NCBI GenBank assembly: GCA_963796765.1
Contig: CAWCMY010000005.1
Location: forward strand, 173,918 to 237,917
DNA length: 64,000 nt
Source of the DNA: an uncultured Acidimicrobiales bacterium
GTDB taxonomy: Bacteria > Actinomycetota > Acidimicrobiia > Acidimicrobiales > UBA8190
Direction of reading: 5' to 3'
The notes under the pieces were generated by a model, which was not told the DNA's origin, ran no database searches, and saw nothing but the letters and a program-made list of their open reading frames with translations. The position numbers were made by a program, and so were the translations under genes. Positions within the stretch are counted from its first letter, which is position 1. Each line of letters begins with the position of its first letter. Of this stretch, positions 1 through 9,533 are shown one piece after another.

Positions 1-122
1 GATGCTACCGGCTCGGGCCCGGATCCTCCCGGGGATTTCTCAGGGTCGATTGACACCTTTTCTTAGGGTCGCCTAACATCGGGTGGGCAGGAACAGGCCT
101 GACGCCGCGCCAGGGAGGCTCG

Positions 123-971
123 GTGGTCGCCACCCTCGTGATCTTTCTCCGAGAGGGGATCGAGGCGAGCATGATCGTCGCCATCCTCCTCGCCTACCTG
201 GACCGGATCGGGCAGCGCCGGCACTTCGTGGACGTGCTCAGCGGGGTGGGGGCGGCATTGCTGCTCGCAGGCGGCGGCGGCGTCGCCGTCTACTTCACGA
301 TTCGTTCCTGGAGCGGGACCCGGGCGCAGACGATCTTCGAGACCGCCACCTACCTCCTGGCCGCGGTCGTGCTCACCTACATGACGTTCTGGATGCGGAA
401 CCACTCCCGGACGATCAGCGCCGAGCTCCGGTCGAAGACCGACGCGGCCATGAGCTCCGGGGCACGACGCGGGCTCTTCTTCCTGGCCTTCCAGGCGGTG
501 GGCCGTGAGGGCCTCGAGACGGTCGTCTTCACCCTGGCCATCGTCTTCTCGACCTCGACCAAGGGCGCCGTCCTGGGTGCGGCGACAGGGCTGGTCCTCG
601 CCCTGGCCTGCGCATTCGCCATCTACCGCCTGGGCAAGCGGATCAACGTGGCCGTGTTCTTCAAGGTGTTCGGGGCCTTGCTCATGGTGTTCGCAGCGGG
701 CCTGCTCGTCGATGTGGTCGAGAACCTCCAGTCCCTGGGGTGGCTGCCGATCTTGACCCGACCGCTATGGGACTCCGGTCGCCTCTTGTCGGAGGACAGC
801 TCCTTCGGCGACGTCATCCACAGCTTCTTCGGGTACGTGAGCAGGCCCAATCCCCTCGAGATCGCGGTGTGGCTGCTCTATGTGGGGGTGGCGGTGACGG
901 CGTTCCTGGGCTTCTGGCACCGCCGGCGGCCCGATGTCGCCGCATGGGTGGGGCGGAGTCGCCTGGCGTGA
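123..971 (+). CDS. FTR1/EfeU-family high-affinity iron permease
   Basis: Intact 282-aa ORF with a multi-pass hydrophobic profile. It has the two REXXE motifs that define FTR1/EfeU permeases: REGIE near the N-terminus and REGLE mid-protein. Confidence 0.85.
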   Translation: MVATLVIFLREGIEASMIVAILLAYLDRIGQRRHFVDVLSGVGAALLLAGGGGVAVYFTIRSWSGTRAQTIFETATYLLAAVVLTYMTFWMRNHSRTISAELRSKTDAAMSSGARRGLFFLAFQAVGREGLETVVFTLAIVFSTSTKGAVLGAATGLVLALACAFAIYRLGKRINVAVFFKVFGALLMVFAAGLLVDVVENLQSLGWLPILTRPLWDSGRLLSEDSSFGDVIHSFFGYVSRPNPLEIAVWLLYVGVAVTAFLGFWHRRRPDVAAWVGRSRLA

Positions 972-1038
972 CCTGAAGCGGCCCGGGTGCACGGGTGGTG
1001 CCGACCGGAGGCGGTCGCCTCTCGGCGCAGCTCCCGGC

Positions 1039-1432
1039 TCAGGCGGCGCGGCGTGGCGGTGTCTCGCACACCCTTCGGAGCTGGCGGTCGAGCTCGATGA
1101 CCGTTCTGTGGGCCTGATGGACCTCCAGGTGGGCGTTGCGCTCGGCGCCCGCGCCGCTCAACCGCCGGCTCTTGTCGATGAGGTTTCGCATCAGTGCACG
1201 CATCTCGGTCTCCCGGTCACGTTGAATGTCCGGGCCGGACCGGGCCCGTTGGGACCACGGTACGGGGCAGGCGTTTCCGCCTCGTCACGGCGTCGTGAAC
1301 GAGAGGCAAATTCTCGATGAGCATTTCGTGGTGTGCCGTATTTCGCCGGCCGGTCATCCAGAGTTCGTCTGCTGGGCCCTCATTCGTCGCGTTCTGTTCA
1401 TCGCACCCCTTTACGGTGGCTGCGGTGAACAC
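1039..1432 (-). pseudogene. Hypothetical small protein, frame interrupted once (about 1225)
   Basis: The minus-strand ORF 1217..1432 (…HHEMLIENLPLVHDAV…) continues in a neighbouring frame as DIQRDRETEMRALMRNLIDKSRRLSGAGAERNAHLEVHQAHRTVIELDRQLRRV… to a TGA at 1039-1041. Composition is protein-like. No family recognised. Confidence 0.25.
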
Positions 1433-1645
1433 GTCGTGGCGGGCGCCGGGCGGCGACCGGGAAGGGCACCCACGGAGCGCTCTCGCTTTCCTCCCCCCCC
1501 TCAGAGGTGGGAGCGCTTCCCCCGTGCCCGGTCGCCGCCCGGCGCCCGGGCGCCGCCGGCCCAGGCGTTCCCGCCACCGGGGTGACGCCGCTTGCTAGCT
1601 CGGGTCGTCGGGTCCGGGGTCGGGGCTCGACGGGGTCGGGGCTGC

Positions 1646-3573
1646 TCAGGGTGCGGAGCCGGCGACGGCGCCGCCGGTCCCGTGACCAGGTGCCCGGGAC
1701 GCGGCCGGCACCGGGGCGGTCCAGCTGGATTCGGGATTCTCGGTGCTCGGCCCGGCCGGCGGCAGGACCCGCGCCCGGCTCCGGGACGCCGGAGGAGGTG
1801 CTTCGAGGCGGGAGGTGCCTCGGGGCCGGCGGCGGGCGAGCTCGACACGGTCGGGGGGTCGCGACGGGCGATCCGGCGCGACTGCGGACGCCGCCAGGGG
1901 GGGCCGGGCCAGCGGTACTGCGGCGCCGAGCTCGAGACGACGCCGTTCCATCGACGCGCGGTGAGCTTGCGCCACTCCGATCCACCCAGCTCGTGGAGGA
2001 GGTCGGGGACCTTGCGGGCGAGTCGCTCCGACTCGTTCCGGTAGCGCTCGGTCACGCTCCCCATGACGAAGACCGTCGTGGTCGACAGGGTCGAGCCCTC
2101 GGCGGTGGCCAGCTCTTGGAGACGGGCCGCGGCCACCCGGGCGTCCTGCATCAGCCCCAGTGCGTCTTGGAGCTTCACCACGTGGCGTAGGTACTTCGCC
2201 GGTCCTGCGGTCATAGATCTCGGACACGAACTCGAGCGCGTAGCGAAGGCGCTTGAGACGGATGCGGGTGAGGTGGAAGTCCGCCGGGTCGCCGCTGCGC
2301 CGGGCTCGGCGGGCCGCTTTGGTGGCCGACCGGTGACGGGCATCGATGAGGCCGGGGACGACCGCGGCGGCGGGAGCACGGGCCGCGGCGGACCGCCGGG
2401 AGGGCCCCTGGCGGAGCATGGTGATGAAGCCGGCCACCAGGCGCTCGTACCGTGCCGAGTCGAGGCACGTCAGCAGGGCACGTCGAGCGTCGTCGCGCTG
2501 GCGACCGAGCAGGGTGGCCAGGTCGGCAAGAGCGGTGCCTTCCTCTTCGGGGACGTCCAGGATCCACCCCTCGACCCGCTCCAGTTGGACGTCGAGGTCA
2601 CGCACCGCGCCCAGGGCGCCCGCCAGCCAGCCGAGCTCCATCCGGACATGGCGGGACCGCACGGGCAGGGCCTCCTCGAAGAGCGACAGGGCGGCCCGGG
2701 TCCGGCGGGTGGCCACCCGCATGTCGTGCAACTCCTCGGCGTCCTCCCCGAGGCGGGTGCCGGTCTCGTGGGCGAGCACGGCGGCGAAGTGCCGTCGCAG
2801 CACGGCGAAGGCCACCTCACCGACCGAGGGGTTCGAGTCGAAGGACACGGTCCCCAGGTCGGGCGGAGGGGGCACGCTCAGCCCGGCGGCCAGCAGGCCG
2901 GCCTCGAACTTCGGACAGCGCCGCCGGCTGGAGCCCGCACTCACGCCGCAGGATGTCGACCACGGGGGTGAAGCGCTTCCACCCAAGCCGGTTCGACCTC
3001 GACCTCGACCCGTTGGAGGCGCACCGGTTGGTGGTCGTGGCCCACGACGATGGTGGTCTCGTCGAGCGCGGCCTCAGCCACTGTCTGCGTCGAGACCGCC
3101 AGATCGAAGGGGCGTCGCCTGGTTCGCACCTCGAGGATCGGCTTGCAAGGGCCGCTTGCCGGCCAGGGCGCGCAGCCGCCAGCCCACCGGCCCCTGGGCC
3201 CCGAGGGCACCGACGCCGTCCACGGGCAGGGGCTCGGTGACCTCCAGCCGTCGCCGCAGGCCCGGCCTGTGACTGCGCCAATCCCTTCAGGGTCACCTCG
3301 CGCGCGCCCGCCGCGGTGGCGCACACGCAAGACGTGGCCGGATCGGCCGATCCGCCAGTCGGACGTGTCGAAATAGGTGTCCACGAGCCGCTCGGCGGCC
3401 CGCGGCGTCGCAGTCAATGCGGACAGCACCGTTGCCACCGCACTTGGCGTCGAAATCTCTCCGGCCCGGGGTGGCGACAGTGCTGCGAACCAGCGTTCGG
3501 CGGGGCGCAGGTCGAGCGCGTCGAACTGCCATTCGACCTCGACATCCGTCGACCGGGGCGCGGCACTCGACAT
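1646..3573 (-). pseudogene. CYTH (triphosphate tunnel metalloenzyme) - CHAD domain protein, frame interrupted at least six times
   Basis: The CYTH signature is EVEWQF…TYFDTSDWRIGRSGHVLRVRHRGG…EVTLKG…VEVEVE. CHAD helices follow: HDMRVATRRTRAALSLF, RDLDVQLERV, RIRLKRLRYALEF, YLRHVVKLQDALGLMQDARV. Frame switches lie near 3292, 3255, 3140, 2990, 2910 and 2215. The 3' end is uncertain: the conserved CHAD region ends near 1950, while the longest frame stops at 1646. Confidence 0.7.
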
Positions 3574-3795
3574 CGCGGCGAGGTTATCCCTCGCAGCGGC
3601 CGCCGACCTCTCGGCGCTTCCGCCGGGCGGACGACGCAGCGCACGACAGCGCATCGCCACCATCGAAAAAGTCCGAATTGCCGGGCGTAAGGGGTTGATT
3701 TCGCCCCGGGAGGGAATGCTACGGTCGGCCCCGTAACGAGCCGCTCCGATTCCGACGCCCGATCGGGGTGCGTCCCCCTCCGGTTAGGAGATCCC

Positions 3796-5956
3796 GTGAA
3801 CCACGTTCCCGCGCCAGTCATGACGTCCGTGCGTCGACCCCGAATCCGGCGAACTCGACGACTGGGCACATTGGCGGTGGCGGTCGCCGCCGGCGTGGGC
3901 ATGGTGGCCGCACCCATCGTGCTGAGCGCCACACCGGCCGCGGCGGCGGTCGGCCTCGCCACCGTGACAGGGGTGAGCCCCGGGTCCGGAGTGTCAGCCG
4001 GCGGCAACGTCGTAACGGTCACAGGGACGAACCTGGGGACCACCGGGACGACCACGGTCCTCTTCGGGGCGACGGCGGCGTCCGCCGTCACGGTGAACGC
4101 CAACGGCACCTCGCTGGTCGCCACCGCTCCCTCAAATCCCAACTCGGCGTCGGGTGCACCACATACGGCTCGACATTCGACGTCACCGTGAACAACGGCA
4201 ACGGCGCCAGCGCCACCAACAAGAACGATCTGTACACCTACGAGTACGACACCCACACCTGTGGGATCACACCCTTCACCTCGAGTTGCGCCGCCACCCT
4301 GACCGGGCAGGAGACGTCGCCGGTGACCGGCACCCTGGTGACCGCCACGCGCCGGTGGGGTCGAACCTCATCCAGGTGCCCGTCAACGCCGTCGTGACAC
4401 TGAACTCCGGTGACCCGGGCACTCCTTCAGGGGCCAACTTCTCGTTGTCCACCCTGGACGTGTCCACGAACCCGCCGACCATCGAAGAGAACATCCACAG
4501 CAGCACCACCGACACGGCCACGGTGACGAGTGCCACCCCGGCCCAGGGGCGTTTCGTGGCCGAGGCCGACCACTGCCCGACCCAGCCCACCTTCCCCTCG
4601 CCCCCCACCGTCGGATGTCCTCTGACGCCCACAGGGGGGAACTCCGACGCCATCGTGGTGGAGTGGGGGGCGCCGACGGTCACGGCCGTCAGCCCCAACG
4701 CCGGTCCGCTGGCGGGAGGCACCTCGGTGACCCTGACGGGGACCAACTTCAGCGGGGCCACCGCGGTCAACTTCGGGGGGAGCGCAGGCACCGGGGTGGT
4801 TGTGAACAGCGCCACGTCGATCACGGCGGTCGCGCCGGCTGAGGCGGCGGGCACCGTCGACGTCACCGTGGTCACCCCGGCGGGTACGTCCGCCACCAGT
4901 GCCTCCGATCAGTTCACGTACACGTCCGGGCCCTCGGTCAGCTCGGTGAGCCCCACCGTGGGACCGACCTCCGGCGGCACGTCGGTGACCGTCACCGGCG
5001 CCAACTTGTCGGGGGCGACGGCGGTCCACTTCGGGACCACGGCCGGCACCAACGTCGTGGTGAACGGGGGTGGGACCTCGCTCACGGTTACCTCGCCGGC
5101 CGGCGCGCTCGGTACGGTGGACATCACCGTGACCACGCCGGGCGGCACCAGCTCGACCAGCGCCGCCGACCAGTTCACGTACCAGAACTCGGGCTACTGG
5201 ATGGTGGGCAACGACGGCGGCATCTTCTCCTTCGGCGGGGCGCCCTTCGAGGGCTCGCTCCCAGGCCTCAAGATCCACGTCACCAACGTCGTGGGCATGG
5301 TGCCCACCGCGGACAGCAAGGGCTACTGGATGATCGGCTCCGACGGTGGGGTGTTCGCCTTCGGTGACGCCGGCTTCGTGGGGTCGATCCCCGGCCTCGG
5401 CATCCACGTCAACAACATCGTGGGAGCCGTGCCCACCTCCGACGGCAAGGGCTACTGGATGGTGGGCAACGACGGCGGGGTGTTCGCCTTCGGTGACGCC
5501 GGCTTCGTGGGCTCGCTGCCCGGCCTCAACGTCCACGTCAAGAACGTCGTGGCGGTCGTGCCCACCAGCACGGGCAAGGGCTACTGGATGATCGGCTCCG
5601 ACGGCGGGGTGTTCGCCTTCGGTGACGCCGGCTTCGTGGGCTCGCTGCCCGGGATCAACGTCCATGTCAGCAACGTCGTGGGCGCCGTGCCCACCTCCGA
5701 CGGCAAGGGCTACTGGATGGTGGGCACCGACGGCGGGGTGTTCGCCTTCGGTGACGCCGGCTTCGTGGGCTCGCTTCCCGGCCTCAACGTCCACGTCACC
5801 AACGTCGTGGGCGTCGTGGCGACCTCGGACGGCAAGGGCTACTGGATGGTGGGCACCGACGGCGGGGTCTTCGCCTTCGGTGACGCCGGCTTCGTGGGCT
5901 CGATCCCCGGCCTCGGCATCCACGTCAACAACATCGTCGCCTTCGCCCGCCAGTAG
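3796..5956 (+). pseudogene. Secreted IPT/TIG-repeat protein with a C-terminal six-fold 43-aa GYWM repeat (predicted beta-propeller); two frame breaks (about 4152 and 4345)
   Basis: GTG start with an AGGAG 6-10 nt upstream, then an Arg-rich signal peptide (RRPRIRRTRRLGTLAVAVAAG…AAAAV). There are three IPT/TIG-like units (VTGVSPGSGVSAGGNVVTVTGTNLG…; VTAVSPNAGPLAGGTSVTLTGTNFSGATAV…DQFTY; VSSVSPTVGPTSGGTSVTVTGANLSGATAV…DQFTYQ), followed by six GYWM[VI]G.DGG[VI]F.FG.A.F.GS.PG… units. Confidence 0.8.
5192..5953 (+). repeat. Six tandem 129-bp (43-aa) coding repeats, the last truncated to 39 aa
   Basis: GYW codons recur at 5192, 5321 and then every 129 bp. The unit is GYWMVGNDGGVFAFGDAGFVGSLPGLNVHVxNVVGxVPTSDGK, and the array ends …NNIVAFARQ-stop. 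Confidence 0.9.
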
Positions 5957-5984
5957 TTCTGGTTCGTCAGTAATCCCGGGTCGG

Positions 5985-6013
5985 CCACCCCGGACCATGT
6001 CGGTCCGGGGTGG
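5985..6013 (+). terminator. Stem-loop downstream of the IPT/propeller gene
   Basis: Perfect 12-bp stem CCACCCCGGACC / GGTCCGGGGTGG with a 5-nt loop, about 30 nt after the stop at 5956. It is followed by TTGG only, so there is no U-tract and it is not a canonical intrinsic terminator. Confidence 0.45.
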
Positions 6014-6163
6014 TTGGCCGGATATCGTGCCGGCGTTGGGGAACGATTGAGCTGCGTCGTCCATGCTCGACGGTGGGTAGCTGATCGTCTGGTCCGCCAC
6101 CGGCGCGGAATCTCGTGAAGGGCAGCTGGTTGAGTCGTTCGAGCGTATTCACCAAGCCCCGCC

Positions 6164-8592
6164 ATGCTCGATCGCGGCCCTCGCGACGCGACCTTTCCCC
6201 GGGCCGCCCGGGCAGGTGTCCTGGCCGTCCTGACACTGCTCGGTGCCGGTGCCTTGGTCGTCCTGCCCGTGGTCGGCAACGGGCGCTCGTCGGTGGCCGC
6301 GGCCGCCTCGGACCCCGTGCTCGTGGTCGCAGGAGACATTGCCTGTGGGCCCACCGACCCGAACTTCGGCGGCGGCGAACGCGGCCAACTGTCAGCAACG
6401 GCGCCACTGCCAGCCTCGTGCACAGCATCGATCCCGACTACCTGCTGCCCGGAGGCGACACCCAGTACACCCCGAACGAGAGCGAAGGCCAACAGCCCCT
6501 GTCGACGGACTACACGTCGGGTTACGGTGCGAGCTGGGGCCAGCTGCAGAACCCCAGCAGCGGCAACTACGTCCCCGGGATGGTCGTGCGGCCCACGCCG
6601 GGCGACCACGAGTACGGCGACGCCTACGAGAACGACTCGGGGTTCGGCCTCTCGAACGCCGTCGAACTACTACAGCTACTTCGGGGGCCTGGGCGACCTT
6701 CCCGCCGGCGTGACGGGTCCCTCCACCGACTTCTACAGCTTCGACATCCCCGCGAACGGCGGGACCTGGCACATCGTCTCGCTCGACTCCGAGTGCGCCG
6801 CGCTGCCCGCGACCTCGGGCGGCGGACCTTCGGGAAGCGCGGCGGGATGTGCGACGGGTTCACCCCAGGAGACGTTTCTCAACAACGACCTCGCCACGCA
6901 TCAGGGGGAGTGCACCCTCATCCACTGGCACGAGCCGGCATGGTCGGAAGGCGCCAACGGGAACAGACACCGACTACCAGGCGTTTTGGAACGACGCCTA
7001 CCAGTACCACGTCACCGCCATCGTCAACGGCCACGACCACGACTACGAGCGCTGGAGCCCGCTGAACGCCTCGGGGAGCCCAGACCCCAACGGCGTGAAC
7101 GAGATCATCGTCGGCACCGGGGGCGACAGCCACGGGCTCGAGTACAACCCCAGTGGCAGCGTCGTGCACGACGACTTCAGCCACTTCGGGGTGCTCCAGC
7201 TCACCCTCCACGCCGGGAGCGCCGACTTCGCCTTCAAGACCACGAGCGGCACCACGCCCGACAGCGGCACGATCAGGTGCGAGCCGGTGGTCTCGGGGGT
7301 GAGCTCGAACTCCGGCCTGACCGTCGGGCGGCAACACCGTGACCGTCACCGGCAGCAACTTCGTGGGCACACCCACGGTCCATTTCGGCGCCAACCTGGC
7401 TACCAACGTGACCGTGACCTCTCCGACGTCGCTCACCGCCAAGGTTCCTTCGGGCTCCGTGGGAACCGTCGACGTGACCGTCACCAACGCCGCTCCCACC
7501 GGCGTGTCGGGCTCGGGCCCGACGAGCCCCACGAGCGCATCGGACCACTACACCTACGGGCTCGTCCCGACGGTGACGTCGGTGAGCCCCAACGTCGGGC
7601 CGCTCTCGGGGGGTAGCTCGGTGACGGTGTCGGGGGCCAACCTCGCCGGGGCGACGGCGGTGGACTTCGGGGCCAACGCGGCCACGAACGTCGTGGTCAA
7701 CGGGGGCGGGACGTCGCTCACGGCCACCTCCCCGGCCGGTGCGCTCGGCACCGTGGACGTCACCGTGACGACCTCGGCGGGGACGAGCGCCATCAGTGCC
7801 GCGGACCGGTTCACCTACCAGAAGTCGGGGTACTGGATGGTGGGCAACGACGGTGGCGTCTTCAACTTCGGTGGGGCCCCCTTCGAGGGCTCGGTGCCCA
7901 GCCTCGGCATCCGTGTCAAGAACGTCGTGGCGATGGTGCCCACCGCCGACAGCAAGGGATATTGGATGATCGGGTCCGACGGCGGGGTCTTCGCCTTCGG
8001 TGACGCCGGCTTCGTGGGATCCATCCCCGGGCTCCATATCCACTCCACGACATCGTGGGCGCCGTGCCCACCGCCGACGGCAAGGGATATTGGATGATCG
8101 GGTCCGACGGCGGGGTCTTCGCCTTCGGTGACGCCGGCTTCGTGGGATCAATCCCGGGCCTCAATATTCACATCAGCAACATCGTGGCTGTCGTGCCCAC
8201 CGCCGACAACAAGGGCTATTGGATGATCGGGTCCGACGGCGGGGTCTTCGCCTTCGGCGACGCCGGCTTCGTGGGATCGCATCCCGGGCATCAACGTCCG
8301 CGTGAAGAACATCGTGGGAGCGGTCCCCACCGGCACGGGCAAGGGCTACTGGATGGTGGGCAACGACGGCGGGGTCTTCGCCTTCGGCGACGCCGGCTTC
8401 GTCGGGTCGCTCCCCGGCCTCAATATCCACATCAGCAACATCGTGGGTGTGGTGGCCACGCAGGACGGCAGGGGCTACTGGATGGTGGGGTCCGACGGCG
8501 GGGTCTTCGCCTTCGGCGACGCCGGCTTCGTGGGCTCGATCCCCGGCCTCAATATCCACGTCAACAACATCGTGGCCTTCGCTCGGCAGTAG
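6164..8592 (+). pseudogene. Secreted purple-acid-phosphatase-like metallophosphoesterase + two IPT/TIG units + six-fold GYWM repeat; about six frame breaks
   Basis: Signal peptide GVLAVLTLLGAGALVVLPVV. Metallophosphoesterase motifs are VVAGDIACGP, GGDTQYTP, TPGDHEYGD, IHWHEP and NGHDHDYER (GHxHxYER as in purple acid phosphatases). Two IPT/TIG units follow (…TVTGSNFVGTPTVHFG…, VTSVSPNVGPLSGGSSVTVSGANLAGATAV…), then six GYWM repeats ending …NNIVAFARQ. Frame switches lie near 6385, 6660, 6960, 7330, 8045 and 8285. Confidence 0.8.
7828..8589 (+). repeat. Six tandem 129-bp (43-aa) coding repeats, paralogous to 5192..5953
   Basis: Same GYWM[VI]G.DGGVF.FG.AGFVGS.PGL.IH..N.V unit and the same C-terminal …IVAFARQ-stop. 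Two internal indels break the frame. Confidence 0.9.
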
Positions 8593-8627
8593 TCAGGCTT
8601 GGGGATCTTCTCGATGAAGCCGCGCGA

Positions 8628-9533
8628 TCAGGTTCGCAGGCCCAGTCGGCGCGTGAGGCGCCCGAGCCGCCTGCGTGCCTGACGCAGCTGGATGCCGAGG
8701 GCCCCGCCGGCGGGGGGAGAGGCGATGGCGCCGGGCACCGTCATGCACCGAGGCACCTCGACTTTGCTGGTGTCGTGTTCAATCCACACGTTGGGCTCCC
8801 AATAGAAGCCTCGGCCCCGGCGGACGGTGAGCGGCGCCAGGCCGCGGGGGAACACGTATGCACCGTCCACCGGAAAGGACATGTCCGTCCAGCTTTCCCA
8901 CGCCGGCACGGGGGCGTCGATGCGCAGCGACCGCGGCTCGGGCCGCAGGGTGCGAGCCCCGAGGCGGGCATGCACCCGCAACCACGGGTCGAAGGGCAGC
9001 CCGTCGTCGCGGCGCCAGGCGGCGTAGCGGTCGATGGGCATGAGTGGGTAGCGGTCTTTCATCGACGGGCGCGCCGGCACGACGAGGCGGGAGAGCCCCG
9101 CCGCCACAGTGGCCATAGCCATGGCCTGTAGGACGAGCTCGCTCAGTCCTTGGCCCTGGTACTCGCCGTCCACCTCGGCGGCCAGGGCGCACACCGCCGT
9201 GGGTGGCCGGGACTCGTTGAGGGCACGCAGGCCGGCGTCGTCGATGCCGCGGGGCAGGTTGGGCAGGCTCCCGTCCCAGCGAATGCCGATGGTCCGTCCC
9301 CGGGCAACGACGCGCTCGGTGCGCTTGTCGAGGAACAGGATCTGGAACATGGCGTGGGCCGGGAAGGTGGCGGGCAGGTACTTCCAGGCATCGCTCCCGT
9401 GCTGGTTGTACTCGGGCCAGACCGCACTGAAGAGCTTGTCGGCGAGGATCTCTTCCCACAGCTCGGGCCGTTCGGCGGCGGTCATGACCTCCAGCCACTC
9501 GGGTGCGCCCGGGGGTGCCAGCATCCTGGCCAT
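8628..9533 (-). CDS. GNAT-type N-acetyltransferase family protein
   Basis: Intact 301-aa ORF. The central acetyl-CoA-binding-like segment is CALAAEVDGEYQGQGLSELVLQAMAMATVAAGLSRLVVPARP. The overall pattern is one I recognise from actinobacterial GNAT-annotated proteins. The last ~45 aa may be read-through. Confidence 0.55.
   Translation of the reverse strand: MARMLAPPGAPEWLEVMTAAERPELWEEILADKLFSAVWPEYNQHGSDAWKYLPATFPAHAMFQILFLDKRTERVVARGRTIGIRWDGSLPNLPRGIDDAGLRALNESRPPTAVCALAAEVDGEYQGQGLSELVLQAMAMATVAAGLSRLVVPARPSMKDRYPLMPIDRYAAWRRDDGLPFDPWLRVHARLGARTLRPEPRSLRIDAPVPAWESWTDMSFPVDGAYVFPRGLAPLTVRRGRGFYWEPNVWIEHDTSKVEVPRCMTVPGAIASPPAGGALGIQLRQARRRLGRLTRRLGLRT

Noticed and set aside
1433-1950. About 500 bp of extremely GC-rich sequence, open in all three minus frames as Pro/Arg/Gly-rich peptides. 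It was considered as a disordered tail of the CHAD protein or a separate gene.
   Set aside because: No motif or periodicity could be identified, and the frame cannot be fixed given the indel noise. It is treated as an uncertain 3' region of the CYTH-CHAD gene plus intergenic DNA.
4427-6100. Very long antisense or shadow ORFs: 4427..6100 (-), 11406..12758 (-), 32340..33785 (-), 33782..35053 (-), 38795..40183 (-), 42235..43758 (-), 47840..49810 (-), 50319..52589 (-), 54057..56798 (+), 58221..59999 (-), 59524..61488 (-).
   Set aside because: Their translations are Arg/Gly/Pro/His-rich low-complexity strings with no motifs. Each lies opposite a strand with clear family signatures. This is the typical open-antisense-frame artefact of ~70% GC DNA.
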